Below, piece after piece: positions 44,251-53,858 of a DNA stretch of 64,000 bases. Numbering within the stretch: position 1 is the stretch's first letter; the number at the start of each line of letters is the position of its first letter. A model generated the notes under the pieces. It saw only the letters and a list, made by a program, of their open reading frames with translations, made no database searches and was not told the DNA's origin. Position numbers and translations under genes: made by a program. This DNA comes from Vicinamibacteria bacterium (lineage in GTDB: Bacteria; Acidobacteriota; Vicinamibacteria; Marinacidobacterales; Marinacidobacteraceae), in the NCBI GenBank assembly GCA_963422395.1, contig OY729431.1:160001-224000 (forward strand). Direction: 5' to 3'.

Positions 44251-45138
44251 TTGCCCCGCCGCCTCCGCCCGCTCTCCAGTCTGGTCGAGGCGATCTCCCG
44301 CCTCCCGCAGACCCCGCCCCGGGCCGCGTTCGCCCCCGGCATCCGGGGAGAGAACGGAGGGCGCGTCGAGGGCGGGCCGTCCGAAGCCGCGCCGGCGGGC
44401 GACGGAACCAGCGTCCTGGTGTACGGCCCGATCGGGAATTCCGGGCGGGACGAGTTCGAGCAGATGTTCGGGGGCGGCATCGCGCCGGAAGAGGTCGTCG
44501 CCGCCATCCAGCGGATCCGCGCCGGCGGGCGTCAGCCGGTGGTGCGGATGGATTCGCCGGGCGGCTCGGTGTTCGGCGCTGCGGCGATCGCCAGCGTGGT
44601 CGAGGAGACCGGCGCGCGCGTCCACATCGACGGCCTCTGCGTCTCCGCCGGAATCCTGGTGCTGCTCGGCGCCGAAGAGCGCACCGCCAGCCCGGCGGCG
44701 CGGCTCATGGTCCACCAGGCCTCGCTGACCGCCCACGGCACCGCCGCCCAGCTCCTCGAAGCGGCCGCGGTCGTCGCCGACATCGATTCGATCTTCGTCG
44801 AGCGGCTCACGGCGATGACCTCGCTCGACGAAGCAGCCGCGAAGCAGGCACTGCTCGAGAGCACCTGGTATTCCCCGGCGGCGGCCGCCGCCATCGGGCT
44901 GATCGCCGCGCCCTCCGCCGAGAAGGGATTCCCTGCAGGGAAGTCTGCAGGGAAGTCCGCCGAGAAGAAGACCGCCGCCCCCGCTTCCTCGCCTCGACCC
45001 GCCGCCGCCCACCGTCCGCCCGAAGCCGCCCCCGCGCGGACCGCAACTCCCGTCCCGGCTGCGGAGCTCACCGCCGCCGCCGCCCTCGCTCTCCGCCGCG
45101 CCGCCCAGATCCGCGCGGCGGCCGCCGCTCTCCGCTGA
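44251..45138 (+). CDS. ClpP-type (S14) prohead protease
   Basis: VYGPIG, RMDSPGGSV, IDGLCVSAG, LMVHQAS, STWYSPAAAAAIGL; start uncertain. Confidence 0.87.
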   Translation: MPRRLRPLSSLVEAISRLPQTPPRAAFAPGIRGENGGRVEGGPSEAAPAGDGTSVLVYGPIGNSGRDEFEQMFGGGIAPEEVVAAIQRIRAGGRQPVVRMDSPGGSVFGAAAIASVVEETGARVHIDGLCVSAGILVLLGAEERTASPAARLMVHQASLTAHGTAAQLLEAAAVVADIDSIFVERLTAMTSLDEAAAKQALLESTWYSPAAAAAIGLIAAPSAEKGFPAGKSAGKSAEKKTAAPASSPRPAAAHRPPEAAPARTATPVPAAELTAAAALALRRAAQIRAAAAALR

Positions 45139-45158
45139 CACAGGAGGTTTCCCGCCCC

Positions 45159-46613
45159 ATGCCCCTCGGCCATTCCGACATCCAGGCGCTCCGCGAGCGC
45201 CGCATCGACCTGACGAACCGCGTCCAGGAGGGCGCGGCAGAGCTGGCGGAGCTGGACGCTCTCGAAGGGGAGGAGCGCGACGCCGGCGCCATCGCCGCCA
45301 AAGCGCAGCAGCTCCTCCGGGTCGAGGACGCCTACGACGAGGCCGACGCGGTGTACCGCGCCCAGGACCGCGCCGCCCGCGTCAGCGCCGCCGCCGAAGC
45401 CGCGGGCGAAGACGACGAGCCGGCGAGTGCGGCCGAGCTGCTCCACGAACGCGCCTTCCTCGCCTACCTCCAGGGGGGGATGCCCCAGGCCCTCGATGTC
45501 GTCGGCCCCGAGGCCCGCACGGCGCTCCAGACCGTCCCCGGCCGCGAAGACCCCCGCCTCGAAGGGATCGTCCCCGACTCCGCCCGCGCCGCCGCCTTCT
45601 CCACCCCGAGCAACGCCGTCCTCTTCCCACCCTCGACCGTCCGCATGATCGAGCGCATCCGCAAGGCCTACGGCGGCGTCGAGCCCTACGCCCGTCGGAT
45701 CAGCACTCCGGACGGGCGCCAGCTCGACTTCCCGGTCTTCGACCGCGCCAGCCGCGGCAAGGGGCAGGCGGCGGTCAAGGCGGAGAGCGCCGACGCCGGG
45801 AGCGCCGACTGGACGAACCTCACCAAGGTGTCGCTCGGCAGCTATCGGGTCCCCTCCGGCATCCTGCCGGTGCCCCGCGAGGCGGTGCGCGACGCGGTCA
45901 CCGACCTCGAATCCTTCGTCGCCGAGGAGCTGATCGAGGATGTCGCCCGCGCCGAGGCCGAGATGCTGATGACCGGCCCCGGCGAGACCGCCCCCACCGG
46001 CCTGGTCACGGCCACCAGCGGCGTCAGCGCATCGCACTATGTCTCGCGGACCGACACCGGCGACCCCAAGACCACGCGGAAGTGGTTCTTCCGTTGGGAG
46101 GACGCGACCGCGCTCTTCTACGCCATCGACAAGGCCTACCGTGCCGCGCCCAATTCCGCGCTGGTCGTCGGCGACGGGATGCACAAGGCGCTGATGCTGC
46201 TCCACGACAACGACAACCGGCCGTTCTGGCAGCCCTCGTCGGTGGCGGGCGAGCCCGACCGCTTCCGCGGCAAGCTGGTGATCGAGGACTTCGGAATGCC
46301 GGATGCGGTTCCCACCGAAGAGGGAGAGGTCGCTCTCGGCGTCTTCGGCGATCTGCGCTGCTTCTTCGTCCGGCGGGTGGGCTCGATGATGTTCGAGCGC
46401 TTCACCGAGAAGTACGCCGAGAAGGGGCAGCTCGGGTTCATGGTCACCAGCTGGCTCGATTCGAAGATCAAGACGAAGAATGCCTTCGCGGTGCTCCGGG
46501 CGAGCGCCATCGGAACCGACGCCGGCAAGACCGGCTCGCTCGGCCTCGCCGACGCCGAAAAAGTCAAGGGCGTCCAGCTCGGCAGCAAGGTGATCGCGAA
46601 CAGCGACGGCTAA
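45159..46613 (+). CDS. Major capsid protein (HK97 fold, N-terminal delta-like coiled coil)
   Basis: AGGAGG SD; ILPVPREAVRDA..DLESFV, G.GETAPTGL, IDKAYR, LLHDNDNRPFWQPS, FGDL, RFTEKYAEKGQLGF. Confidence 0.93.
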   Translation: MPLGHSDIQALRERRIDLTNRVQEGAAELAELDALEGEERDAGAIAAKAQQLLRVEDAYDEADAVYRAQDRAARVSAAAEAAGEDDEPASAAELLHERAFLAYLQGGMPQALDVVGPEARTALQTVPGREDPRLEGIVPDSARAAAFSTPSNAVLFPPSTVRMIERIRKAYGGVEPYARRISTPDGRQLDFPVFDRASRGKGQAAVKAESADAGSADWTNLTKVSLGSYRVPSGILPVPREAVRDAVTDLESFVAEELIEDVARAEAEMLMTGPGETAPTGLVTATSGVSASHYVSRTDTGDPKTTRKWFFRWEDATALFYAIDKAYRAAPNSALVVGDGMHKALMLLHDNDNRPFWQPSSVAGEPDRFRGKLVIEDFGMPDAVPTEEGEVALGVFGDLRCFFVRRVGSMMFERFTEKYAEKGQLGFMVTSWLDSKIKTKNAFAVLRASAIGTDAGKTGSLGLADAEKVKGVQLGSKVIANSDG

Positions 46614-46640
46614 GAAGCGCCCCTCGGGGAGGAACGAAAC

Positions 46641-47435
46641 ATGACCGCAGCCATCCGGCCGCAGCGCTACGCGGCAGTGGACGCCGAGCGCCTCCGGTTC
46701 CAGCTCTGGAAGGACTCCCAGTGGCTCGACATCGCCGGCGTCCGCTCCTACTCCGGCCCCGACCGCACCGCGAACGAGTGGGCGGTCGGCGGCCCCCACA
46801 CCGAGGGCGAGGACTACGAGCGCGGCAAGACCGTCTTCGGGACGATGCAGCTCGATCTCCTCTGGTCGCCGCTGGTCGAGGGGCAGGCCGAGCTCGAGAA
46901 GATCTACTTCTCGGCGGATGAACGCCGCTTCCGGGTGATCCACCGGGGCGGCGGACGGGACGCCCACAAGGGCGACGGGACGGCGAGTCCGGGCCGGGCG
47001 CTCTCCGGCGCCGTCACCGGCAACTCCAAGGTCTTCACGGTAGCGAAGCAGGCGGGCGGGAACAGCGACGAGGGCACCCGCCGCACGAAGGTCCTCGCGG
47101 GCTACGACCTGGCGCAGCGCGGCGGCGGGATCGGCGTCGGCGTCGGCCTGAAACGGGGCAAGACCTATCACTTGGTGGTGATCGAAGATGTCACCGCAAA
47201 GCTCACCGCGAAGGTGCGGGCGGTGCCCGGCAAGGAACTCGCCGACATCGCCGCCGGCGAGTTCGTGGTGATGAAGCTGCCGCTCACGATGGAGTTCCAG
47301 GCCGTCGTCCAGGCGATGGGGATCTCCGTCCCCAGCGGGCAGGCGGGCTCCGGTTCGACGACGCTCCGGCTGAACAGCAGGCCGGACTACGGGATCGACG
47401 AAGAGAGCGCCCAGACGATCTACGACGGGCAGTAG
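46641..47435 (+). CDS. Major tail (tube) protein with an internal insertion
   Basis: GGAGG SD; WLDIAGVRSYSGP, DYERGK..FGTMQLDL, RRFRV, TMEFQAVV, STTLRLNSRP. Confidence 0.75.
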   Translation: MTAAIRPQRYAAVDAERLRFQLWKDSQWLDIAGVRSYSGPDRTANEWAVGGPHTEGEDYERGKTVFGTMQLDLLWSPLVEGQAELEKIYFSADERRFRVIHRGGGRDAHKGDGTASPGRALSGAVTGNSKVFTVAKQAGGNSDEGTRRTKVLAGYDLAQRGGGIGVGVGLKRGKTYHLVVIEDVTAKLTAKVRAVPGKELADIAAGEFVVMKLPLTMEFQAVVQAMGISVPSGQAGSGSTTLRLNSRPDYGIDEESAQTIYDGQ

Positions 47436-47487
47436 CGGCCGGGAGATCCGGGCGCTTCTCGGGCGGTAGCCGGCCCTTCCTCTCCCC

Positions 47488-50400
47488 GTGGGTTTCTGGG
47501 CCAGTCTCTTCAGCTGGGGGACGCTCCAGAGCGCCCTCATCGCCGCCGCCATCAGCGTCGGCACCCGGGTCGCCTACCACCTCCTCTCCGACAAGAAGGG
47601 CCTGGACCCGCGCGAGCGCGAACGCTGGCAGCCGCAGACTCCGCGCTCACCCGCCGAAGTTCCTCGGCGGGTGATCGTCGGGCGCGCCCGCGTGGGCGCG
47701 ATCAATGTCTGGTATCGGGTGGACCGCGCCGCCGGAGCGCTCCATTCGCTCTGGATCGTCGCCGACGCCGACGAGGCCGACAACCAGCTCGGGATCGTCG
47801 AGGTGGAGGTGGACTCCTACCGCGTTCCCCTGGCTGCTGCGGACGCGGATCCGCTGCATCCCGTCGGGGCGAACCGCCGCGAGGAGATCGGCGCCCGCGG
47901 CGGCGACCTCGATGTCGTCTTCGACGGCAGCGGCGAACAGATCGGCAACACCCGGCTGCGCGAAGCCGGGTTCGAGCCCAGCGGCCTCGACGCGCCGAAC
48001 ACCATCGAGGGGGTGGCGTGGCTGCTGGTGACGCAGCGCAATCCGCTCGAAGGGAGCTGGAAGAACCGGGGGCTGCCCGAGGTCTTCGCCACCGTCCAGC
48101 GCGTCCGGAAAGGCGGCGACGGCAGCGCCCAGGAGAACCCCGCCGCCCTCGCCGGGTGGTGGCTCGCCCGCCACTCGGTGAACACCGACGCTGCCTCGCT
48201 CGCCGCCGCCGAAGCCGCCTGCGCCGAGATGATCGTGAACGGCGACGGCCAGGCGGTCGCCCGCTTCCGCTGCGGCGGCATGATCGAGAGCATCGATCCC
48301 TTCTGGCGGGTGGTGCGCGCCTTCGAGGAGGCGATGGACGGGCGCATCCTCATCGGCGGCGACGGGCTGGCCCGCTTCTACGCCGGCGTCGCCAGCCCGC
48401 CGACCGCATTCCTCATCGAGGACACCGTCGGGGCGCCGACGGTGCAGCACGAAGGGCGGCGGCGCGAGCAGCGCAACATCCTCCGCGCCCGGATCCGCGC
48501 CCACTCCGATCCCCGCCGCCGCGGCGCCGAGGTCACCGTCGAGCGCCGCGTCGAAACCTCGATCGAGAAGATCGGCGAGTGGGCCCACGACGCCGGCTTC
48601 CTCCGCCTGGTCGCCCACGAAGGCCAGGCCCGGCGGCTGCTCGCCAGCCAGCTCCGCCGCTCGCAGCGCCCGATCGTCGTCGCCGCCACCCTGCCGGAAA
48701 CCTTCGACACCGTGCGGATGCGCGCCTGGCAGCGCGGCAGCGTCCACCTCGACGCCCTCGGCGCCCGCGGTCCGTTCCGCCTCCTCGCCGACCCGAAGTG
48801 GAACCGCAGGGCCGGAACCGTCGCGGTCGAGTTGATCGAAGACCCGACCGCCCTCTACTCCGACTCCGAGGACGCGACGCTCTCGCCGCGGAACGAGCCG
48901 TCCGAGGAATACGAGCTCCCCCCGCCGGAGAACCTGCGCGCCGACGCCGACGCGGTGGTGCAGCACGACGGCACGGTCTCGGTGCAGACCGAGGTGGAGT
49001 GGGATCCGCCGCCCAAGCTCGCCCGTTGGGTGCTCTTGCAGCTCCGGCGGCCGCCGAGCACCGTCTGGGGGGACGGCTATTCCGGCCCCGCGGCCGGCCC
49101 GGCGCTGCTGACCTACACCCCGCCCGGCCAGGCCCTCGCGCTGCGGGCGCGGTTCTTCGACCCGCGGGGCCGGCGCTCCGAGTGGTCCAAAGTCCTCTCC
49201 TTCACCCCGGGCGGCGACCTGCAGCCGCCGGCGGTGCCGGAGAACCTGACCGCCGAGCCGCTGTCCGACACCACTGCGCTCGTCACCTGGAAGCCCCCGC
49301 CGGATCCGGACTACGCGAGAGCGGAGCTCTTCGCCGCCGAAGCCGACGCCGCCGCCCCGGACGCCGAAGACGCGGCCGCGCCGCGGGCCGGCGACTCGGG
49401 AAACGCCGGCGAAGGCATCCAGCAGGGGGTCCTCACTCTCGAAACCGGAGCTGCCTTCGTCTGGGCGCGCGCCCTCGACCACAGCGGCAACAAGTCGGCC
49501 TGGATCGGGCCGGTGCTCGCCCGCGCGAAGCCCCCCGCGACCGAAGTCGATGTGCAGATCCTCTACCGCCGGTCGCGGATCCGCCCGCAGCCCCCGCCCG
49601 ACCTGCCGCTCGATCAGATCTCCCAGACCGACTGGATGGCTGACTTCAACTCCGTCGGCGCCCTGACGGTCGGCGTGTCGCTCTGGCAGGCCAACCGCAC
49701 CGTCCTGCTCTCCCGCGCCGCCGCCGGCGCGGATCCGAGAGTCCTGAGCCGCTCCGCCTGGCAGGTCTCCCTGGCGGTGTCCGCCCCTTCCCTCGAGGAC
49801 AAAGTCGAACCGGGGAATCAGCGGGCCTTCTCGAACCAGGCGGCGAAACCGGTGAAGCCGATCTACCAGCCGGGCGAAGACGACGGCTGGGCGGTCGGCG
49901 GTCCGCTGACCAAGTGGACCGACCAGGCGAGCGGGGTCCTCTGGTACGGCAACGACCGCTGCGACGGGACCGGGGACGCCAAGTGGGTCGTCCACCGCAC
50001 CGCGACCAAGACCCAGGAGTTGATCGAGGGGGACGAGTACACTCCCCCGCAGCACGACGCCACCCCCTGGAGCGAGGTGGAGAGCTACACCCGCTCCGGA
50101 CCCGGCCCGCAGCCGCAGCCGAAGGACCTCCCCGAGATCCTGGTCGGCGAGACGAAGACCTTCACCGTCGGGGAAAACCCCTTCGCCGACGCCGCCGACT
50201 CCGACGAAACCGCCCCCGACCCCTCGGTCAGCGTAACGATCGAGCGGGAGAGCACCGCCACCGCCACCGTCTCGACGGCATGGCAGAACGACATCCTCGA
50301 GCTCTCGATCACCGGGGGTTCGGTGGGGGTGCTGGTGGTGCGGGTCACCATCAGCGCCCCGCAAAGCGGGCGCCTCGACGAAGTGAGCAGCTTCCGGGTG

Positions 50401-53379
50401 CGGGTGGTCGCCCAGAAGAAGTCCGGCTCGACGGTGAAGATCGATGGGGTCCCGGACACGCTCAACCTCCGCCCGGGCGAGACCCGCGACGAGGACTTCA
50501 CCGTCCAGCCGGCGGCGGCGGTCACCCGCGTCGCGGCGATCGGCTCGGCCGCCGCGATGCTGACCGCTTCGCTGCCGGACAACGACGGCGGCGCCCGCCG
50601 GCTGCGGATCGCGGGCGAGCAGAACCGGTCTCGCAAAGACAGAGAAGCGGTGGTGACCGTCACCGCTGAGCTCGCGCTCGACGACGGTTCGACGGCCAGG
50701 GACTCGGCGGAGCAGACCGTCACCCTCGAACCGGACCCCTGGATCACCCTGCGCCGGGGGCCCAGGATCGAATTCGAGCCCGAAGGGGGCGTCCACTACA
50801 TCCGGCTCGACTACGGCCCCAAGCTCTCCGACCGTACCTCCCGCTTCGAAGTCGTTATCGCTTCCGGGGATGCGGCGAGCACTGCGTCGGTGAGCATCGA
50901 CCAGTACGGCGCCGGCGGCCGGAAGCTCGACGACGCCCTGCGGTTGGTCCTGAACGACAACCGAAGCGGCCGGCAGCAGCTCAGCGGCAGTGTCCGGGTG
51001 TGGCACCGACAGACCTACCAGGGCACGACCATTCGGCGGAGCGCCTCCGCCGACCTCCTGGTCACCGTGAAGCCCGGCGAGAAATCGCCGAAGGGGCCGG
51101 GAATCCACGACCTGCCCGGGAAGGAGGAAGTCGCCGTCGGCGAGACGAAGACCGTGACCTACGAGATCGAGGTCGCGGGCGGGGTGGAGAACCTGACCGC
51201 CGGGAACCTCGCCGTCAGCGTTCCGGTGGGCGCCCACCGGGTAACCGTCCAGCCCGACCCGGCGCCGGCGAAGGGAGCTACCCGCAGCTTCCGGGTGACC
51301 GGTGTCCAGGCCGGGAGCGCGACGGTGACCGTGACGCTGACCGACAACGAAGGGCAGCAGGTCTCCGAGGATTGCGTCGTCGAAGTGACCGGGCCCGCCG
51401 CCCCCTCCTGCTCCGGCCTGCCGGAGCGGGTCACCTTGACCCCGGGCGTCTCGCGGCGGCTGGCCTTCACGGTGGCGAACGCTTCTTCGGTCGCTGCCGC
51501 CGCCTCGAACGCCAATGTCTGGGTCGACCAGATCTACAGGAGCGGGGCGAACCGCTCGTTCTACCTGAGATGGAAGAAGGCCGGGAGCGCGACGGTGACC
51601 GTCACCGTCACCGGTGCGGGCGGCCGCGACACCTGCCTGATCGCGGTCACGCTCGAGCCGCGGACCGGCCCCTCCTGCTCCGGCCTGCCGGAGCGGGTCA
51701 CCCTGGCCCCGGACGAATCGCGGCGGCTGGCCTTCACGGTGTCGAACGCGGCTTCGGTCGCTGCCGCCGCCTCGAACAGCGATGTCCAGGTCGGCCAGAT
51801 TTACGGGAGCGGGGCGAACCGCTCGTTCTATCTGGACTGGAAGCGGGCCGGGAGCGCGTGGGTGACCGTGCGCGTCGCCGGTGCGGGCGGCCAGGTCGTG
51901 AGCTGCCGGATCGAGGTCACGTTGTCGCCGCGCCCGATCGATCTGCCGTCGAGCGACACCCTCCGGGTCGGCCAGAGCCGGACCTATTCCATCACCGTGG
52001 CGTCCCGGCGGCAGCTGCGGGTCGAGACCTCGAAGAGCGGCATCGTCAGGGCGTCGCTCAGAGGGGGGACCGGCGACACCCGGCGGCTCACGGTGGAGGC
52101 GCTCGCGGTGGGAGTGGTGGATGTGACCGTAACCGCCGCCGGCATCCGGGGCGGGGATCCGAGTTCCGACACCGTCACGATCACCGTCGAAAAGGCGGTG
52201 CTGCACGCCGAGATCAGCGGCCTCAAGGGCTCGTTCGAAATGGATGTCGGCGAGACCGACTCCGACAGCTTCACGGTGCGGAACACTTCGGGCGTGTCGG
52301 TGTCCTCTGCCGCCAGGAGCATCGCCACCGCCAGCGTGTCCGGCTCCGGCAGCTCGCGGACCCTGCGCGTCACCGGGAAGAAGAGGGGCCGTACCACGGT
52401 GACGGTCACCGCCGCCGGAACCGGCGGCGGCCGCCCCGCCGAAGAAGATCGGGATGTGGAGGTCACCACCGCGGCGGTGCCGGACGCCGAGATCAGCGGC
52501 CTCGATACCTCGGTCACTCTGGATGTGGACGAGACCGACTCCGACAGATTCACGGTTCGGAACACTTCGGGCGTGTCGGTGTCCTCTGCCGCCAGGAGCA
52601 TCGCCACCGCCAGCGTGTCGGGCTCCGGCAGCTCGCGGACCCTGCGCGTCACCGGGAAGGCGGGGGGCCGGACCACGGTGACGGTCACCGCCCGCGGGAG
52701 GAGCGGCGGGGAGGACGCCGAGGAGGATGTGGATGTGACCGTGAACGCGCCGACGGTGTTGGATGCCGAGATCAGAGGCCTCGTTTCCAGGCTGCCGGCG
52801 ATGGATGTCGGCGAGAGCGAAACCGATGGATTCACGATTCGGAACGCCTCGCGGGTGACGGTGCACGGATGGGACCGCGACATCGCCCGCGCCAGCTTGT
52901 CCGGCTCCGGCAGCTCGCGGACCCTGCGGGTTACCGGGGTGTCGGCGGGCGATACGACGGTGACCGTCACTGCCTACGGGAAGAACGGAGGCGCGAACGC
53001 GGCGAAGGATGTGGAGGTGACCGTCAACCCGCCGCCGAACCCGCCGCCGACGCTCACCGCTCTCTCGTCCGCGTACGCGCTGAAGACCTACCCGGACAGC
53101 GGCTACTCCATCACCGAGTACTACTCGGTGTCCCCGACTTCCACCACGGTGAGCGTGTCGAGCTCGAACACCTCGCTCGTCAAGATTCGGCAGAACGACA
53201 CCACGGGAACGACTCGTAACTTCTCCGTGTGGGCGGCGGGCCAACGTACCGGCAGGGCCACGGTGACGGTCACCGCCCGCGCCAACGGGAAGACGACCAC
53301 GAGGCGGATCCTGGCCACCGTGGCGAAGCCGGGGACTCCCGATCCCGATCCCGATCCCGATCCCGATCCGATCGCCTGA
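47488..53379 (+). CDS. Central tail tip/host-specificity protein (gpJ-like) with FN3 and many Ig-like domains, 1963 aa
   Basis: PRRVIVGRARVG, ENPA, RFRCGGMI (J-like N-terminus); FN3 motifs PPENL..VEWDPP and PAVPENL..VTWKPP..WARALDHSGNKSAW; repeated G.ATVTVT Ig modules. Confidence 0.88.
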   Translation: MGFWASLFSWGTLQSALIAAAISVGTRVAYHLLSDKKGLDPRERERWQPQTPRSPAEVPRRVIVGRARVGAINVWYRVDRAAGALHSLWIVADADEADNQLGIVEVEVDSYRVPLAAADADPLHPVGANRREEIGARGGDLDVVFDGSGEQIGNTRLREAGFEPSGLDAPNTIEGVAWLLVTQRNPLEGSWKNRGLPEVFATVQRVRKGGDGSAQENPAALAGWWLARHSVNTDAASLAAAEAACAEMIVNGDGQAVARFRCGGMIESIDPFWRVVRAFEEAMDGRILIGGDGLARFYAGVASPPTAFLIEDTVGAPTVQHEGRRREQRNILRARIRAHSDPRRRGAEVTVERRVETSIEKIGEWAHDAGFLRLVAHEGQARRLLASQLRRSQRPIVVAATLPETFDTVRMRAWQRGSVHLDALGARGPFRLLADPKWNRRAGTVAVELIEDPTALYSDSEDATLSPRNEPSEEYELPPPENLRADADAVVQHDGTVSVQTEVEWDPPPKLARWVLLQLRRPPSTVWGDGYSGPAAGPALLTYTPPGQALALRARFFDPRGRRSEWSKVLSFTPGGDLQPPAVPENLTAEPLSDTTALVTWKPPPDPDYARAELFAAEADAAAPDAEDAAAPRAGDSGNAGEGIQQGVLTLETGAAFVWARALDHSGNKSAWIGPVLARAKPPATEVDVQILYRRSRIRPQPPPDLPLDQISQTDWMADFNSVGALTVGVSLWQANRTVLLSRAAAGADPRVLSRSAWQVSLAVSAPSLEDKVEPGNQRAFSNQAAKPVKPIYQPGEDDGWAVGGPLTKWTDQASGVLWYGNDRCDGTGDAKWVVHRTATKTQELIEGDEYTPPQHDATPWSEVESYTRSGPGPQPQPKDLPEILVGETKTFTVGENPFADAADSDETAPDPSVSVTIERESTATATVSTAWQNDILELSITGGSVGVLVVRVTISAPQSGRLDEVSSFRVRVVAQKKSGSTVKIDGVPDTLNLRPGETRDEDFTVQPAAAVTRVAAIGSAAAMLTASLPDNDGGARRLRIAGEQNRSRKDREAVVTVTAELALDDGSTARDSAEQTVTLEPDPWITLRRGPRIEFEPEGGVHYIRLDYGPKLSDRTSRFEVVIASGDAASTASVSIDQYGAGGRKLDDALRLVLNDNRSGRQQLSGSVRVWHRQTYQGTTIRRSASADLLVTVKPGEKSPKGPGIHDLPGKEEVAVGETKTVTYEIEVAGGVENLTAGNLAVSVPVGAHRVTVQPDPAPAKGATRSFRVTGVQAGSATVTVTLTDNEGQQVSEDCVVEVTGPAAPSCSGLPERVTLTPGVSRRLAFTVANASSVAAAASNANVWVDQIYRSGANRSFYLRWKKAGSATVTVTVTGAGGRDTCLIAVTLEPRTGPSCSGLPERVTLAPDESRRLAFTVSNAASVAAAASNSDVQVGQIYGSGANRSFYLDWKRAGSAWVTVRVAGAGGQVVSCRIEVTLSPRPIDLPSSDTLRVGQSRTYSITVASRRQLRVETSKSGIVRASLRGGTGDTRRLTVEALAVGVVDVTVTAAGIRGGDPSSDTVTITVEKAVLHAEISGLKGSFEMDVGETDSDSFTVRNTSGVSVSSAARSIATASVSGSGSSRTLRVTGKKRGRTTVTVTAAGTGGGRPAEEDRDVEVTTAAVPDAEISGLDTSVTLDVDETDSDRFTVRNTSGVSVSSAARSIATASVSGSGSSRTLRVTGKAGGRTTVTVTARGRSGGEDAEEDVDVTVNAPTVLDAEIRGLVSRLPAMDVGESETDGFTIRNASRVTVHGWDRDIARASLSGSGSSRTLRVTGVSAGDTTVTVTAYGKNGGANAAKDVEVTVNPPPNPPPTLTALSSAYALKTYPDSGYSITEYYSVSPTSTTVSVSSSNTSLVKIRQNDTTGTTRNFSVWAAGQRTGRATVTVTARANGKTTTRRILATVAKPGTPDPDPDPDPDPIA
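51403..51930 (+). repeat. Two tandem Ig-like coding repeats, type A (267-bp period)
   Basis: CCCTCCTGCTCCGGCCTGCCGGAGCGGGTCACC at 51403 and 51670. Confidence 0.9.
52207..53030 (+). repeat. Three tandem Ig-like coding repeats, type B (279-bp period)
   Basis: GCCGAGATCAG at 52207, 52486 and 52765; first two copies share a near-identical block of over 100 bp. Confidence 0.9.
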
Positions 53380-53421
53380 TCCGGGGCGGCGGCGGGCCGG
53401 GGGGCATCGAGGGGGAGGGGC

Positions 53422-53742
53422 ATGGCGCGCGCTCCCCGCTGGCGGCGCGATCCGTCGGCGCGCGTCCGGCGCCCGGCGCGGCAGCCCGCCTCGAAGCGCG
53501 GTTACGGCCGCGACTGGCGCCCGCTGCGCGACGAGGTCCTCGCCGCCGAGCCGCTCTGCCGCCGCTGCCGGGCGGCAGGGCGCACCGCCGCCGCCGAGCT
53601 GGTGGACCATGTGATCCCCGTCGAGATCGCCCCCCAGCGCCGGCTCGACCCGAAGAACCTGCAGCCGCTCTGCCGTCCCTGTCACGGCGAGAAGACCGCC
53701 GAGGACCGCGCCCGGTATCGGCAGGAGATCGCCGGATGGTGA
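53422..53742 (+). CDS. HNH endonuclease (HK97 gp74-like terminase accessory)
   Basis: ASKRGYGRDW..LR..VL..EPLCRRC...VDHVIP...NLQPLCRPCHGEKT. Confidence 0.93.
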   Translation: MARAPRWRRDPSARVRRPARQPASKRGYGRDWRPLRDEVLAAEPLCRRCRAAGRTAAAELVDHVIPVEIAPQRRLDPKNLQPLCRPCHGEKTAEDRARYRQEIAGW

Positions 53743-53858
53743 AACAATGTTCGGGTGGAGAACGGACGGCGGCGGTGGACCGGGGAGACAGCTGAAGGGC
53801 GGGGGATCGGAGTGCGTTTCCGGTTCGATCCAGGCGGTTCGTTTGCGCGCGCGCGCCC

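Noticed and set aside
51403-53030. Tail-tip repeats as the template/variable pair of a diversity-generating retroelement
   Set aside because: Differences between copies are not adenine-specific, all copies are in-frame coding, and no reverse transcriptase is present
47647-53685. Very long antisense or alternative-frame ORFs (e.g. 47647-53685, 44532-47564, 21374-23557, most of 37002-40259)
   Set aside because: Shadow ORFs of high-GC coding DNA, with no motifs and overlapping well-supported genes
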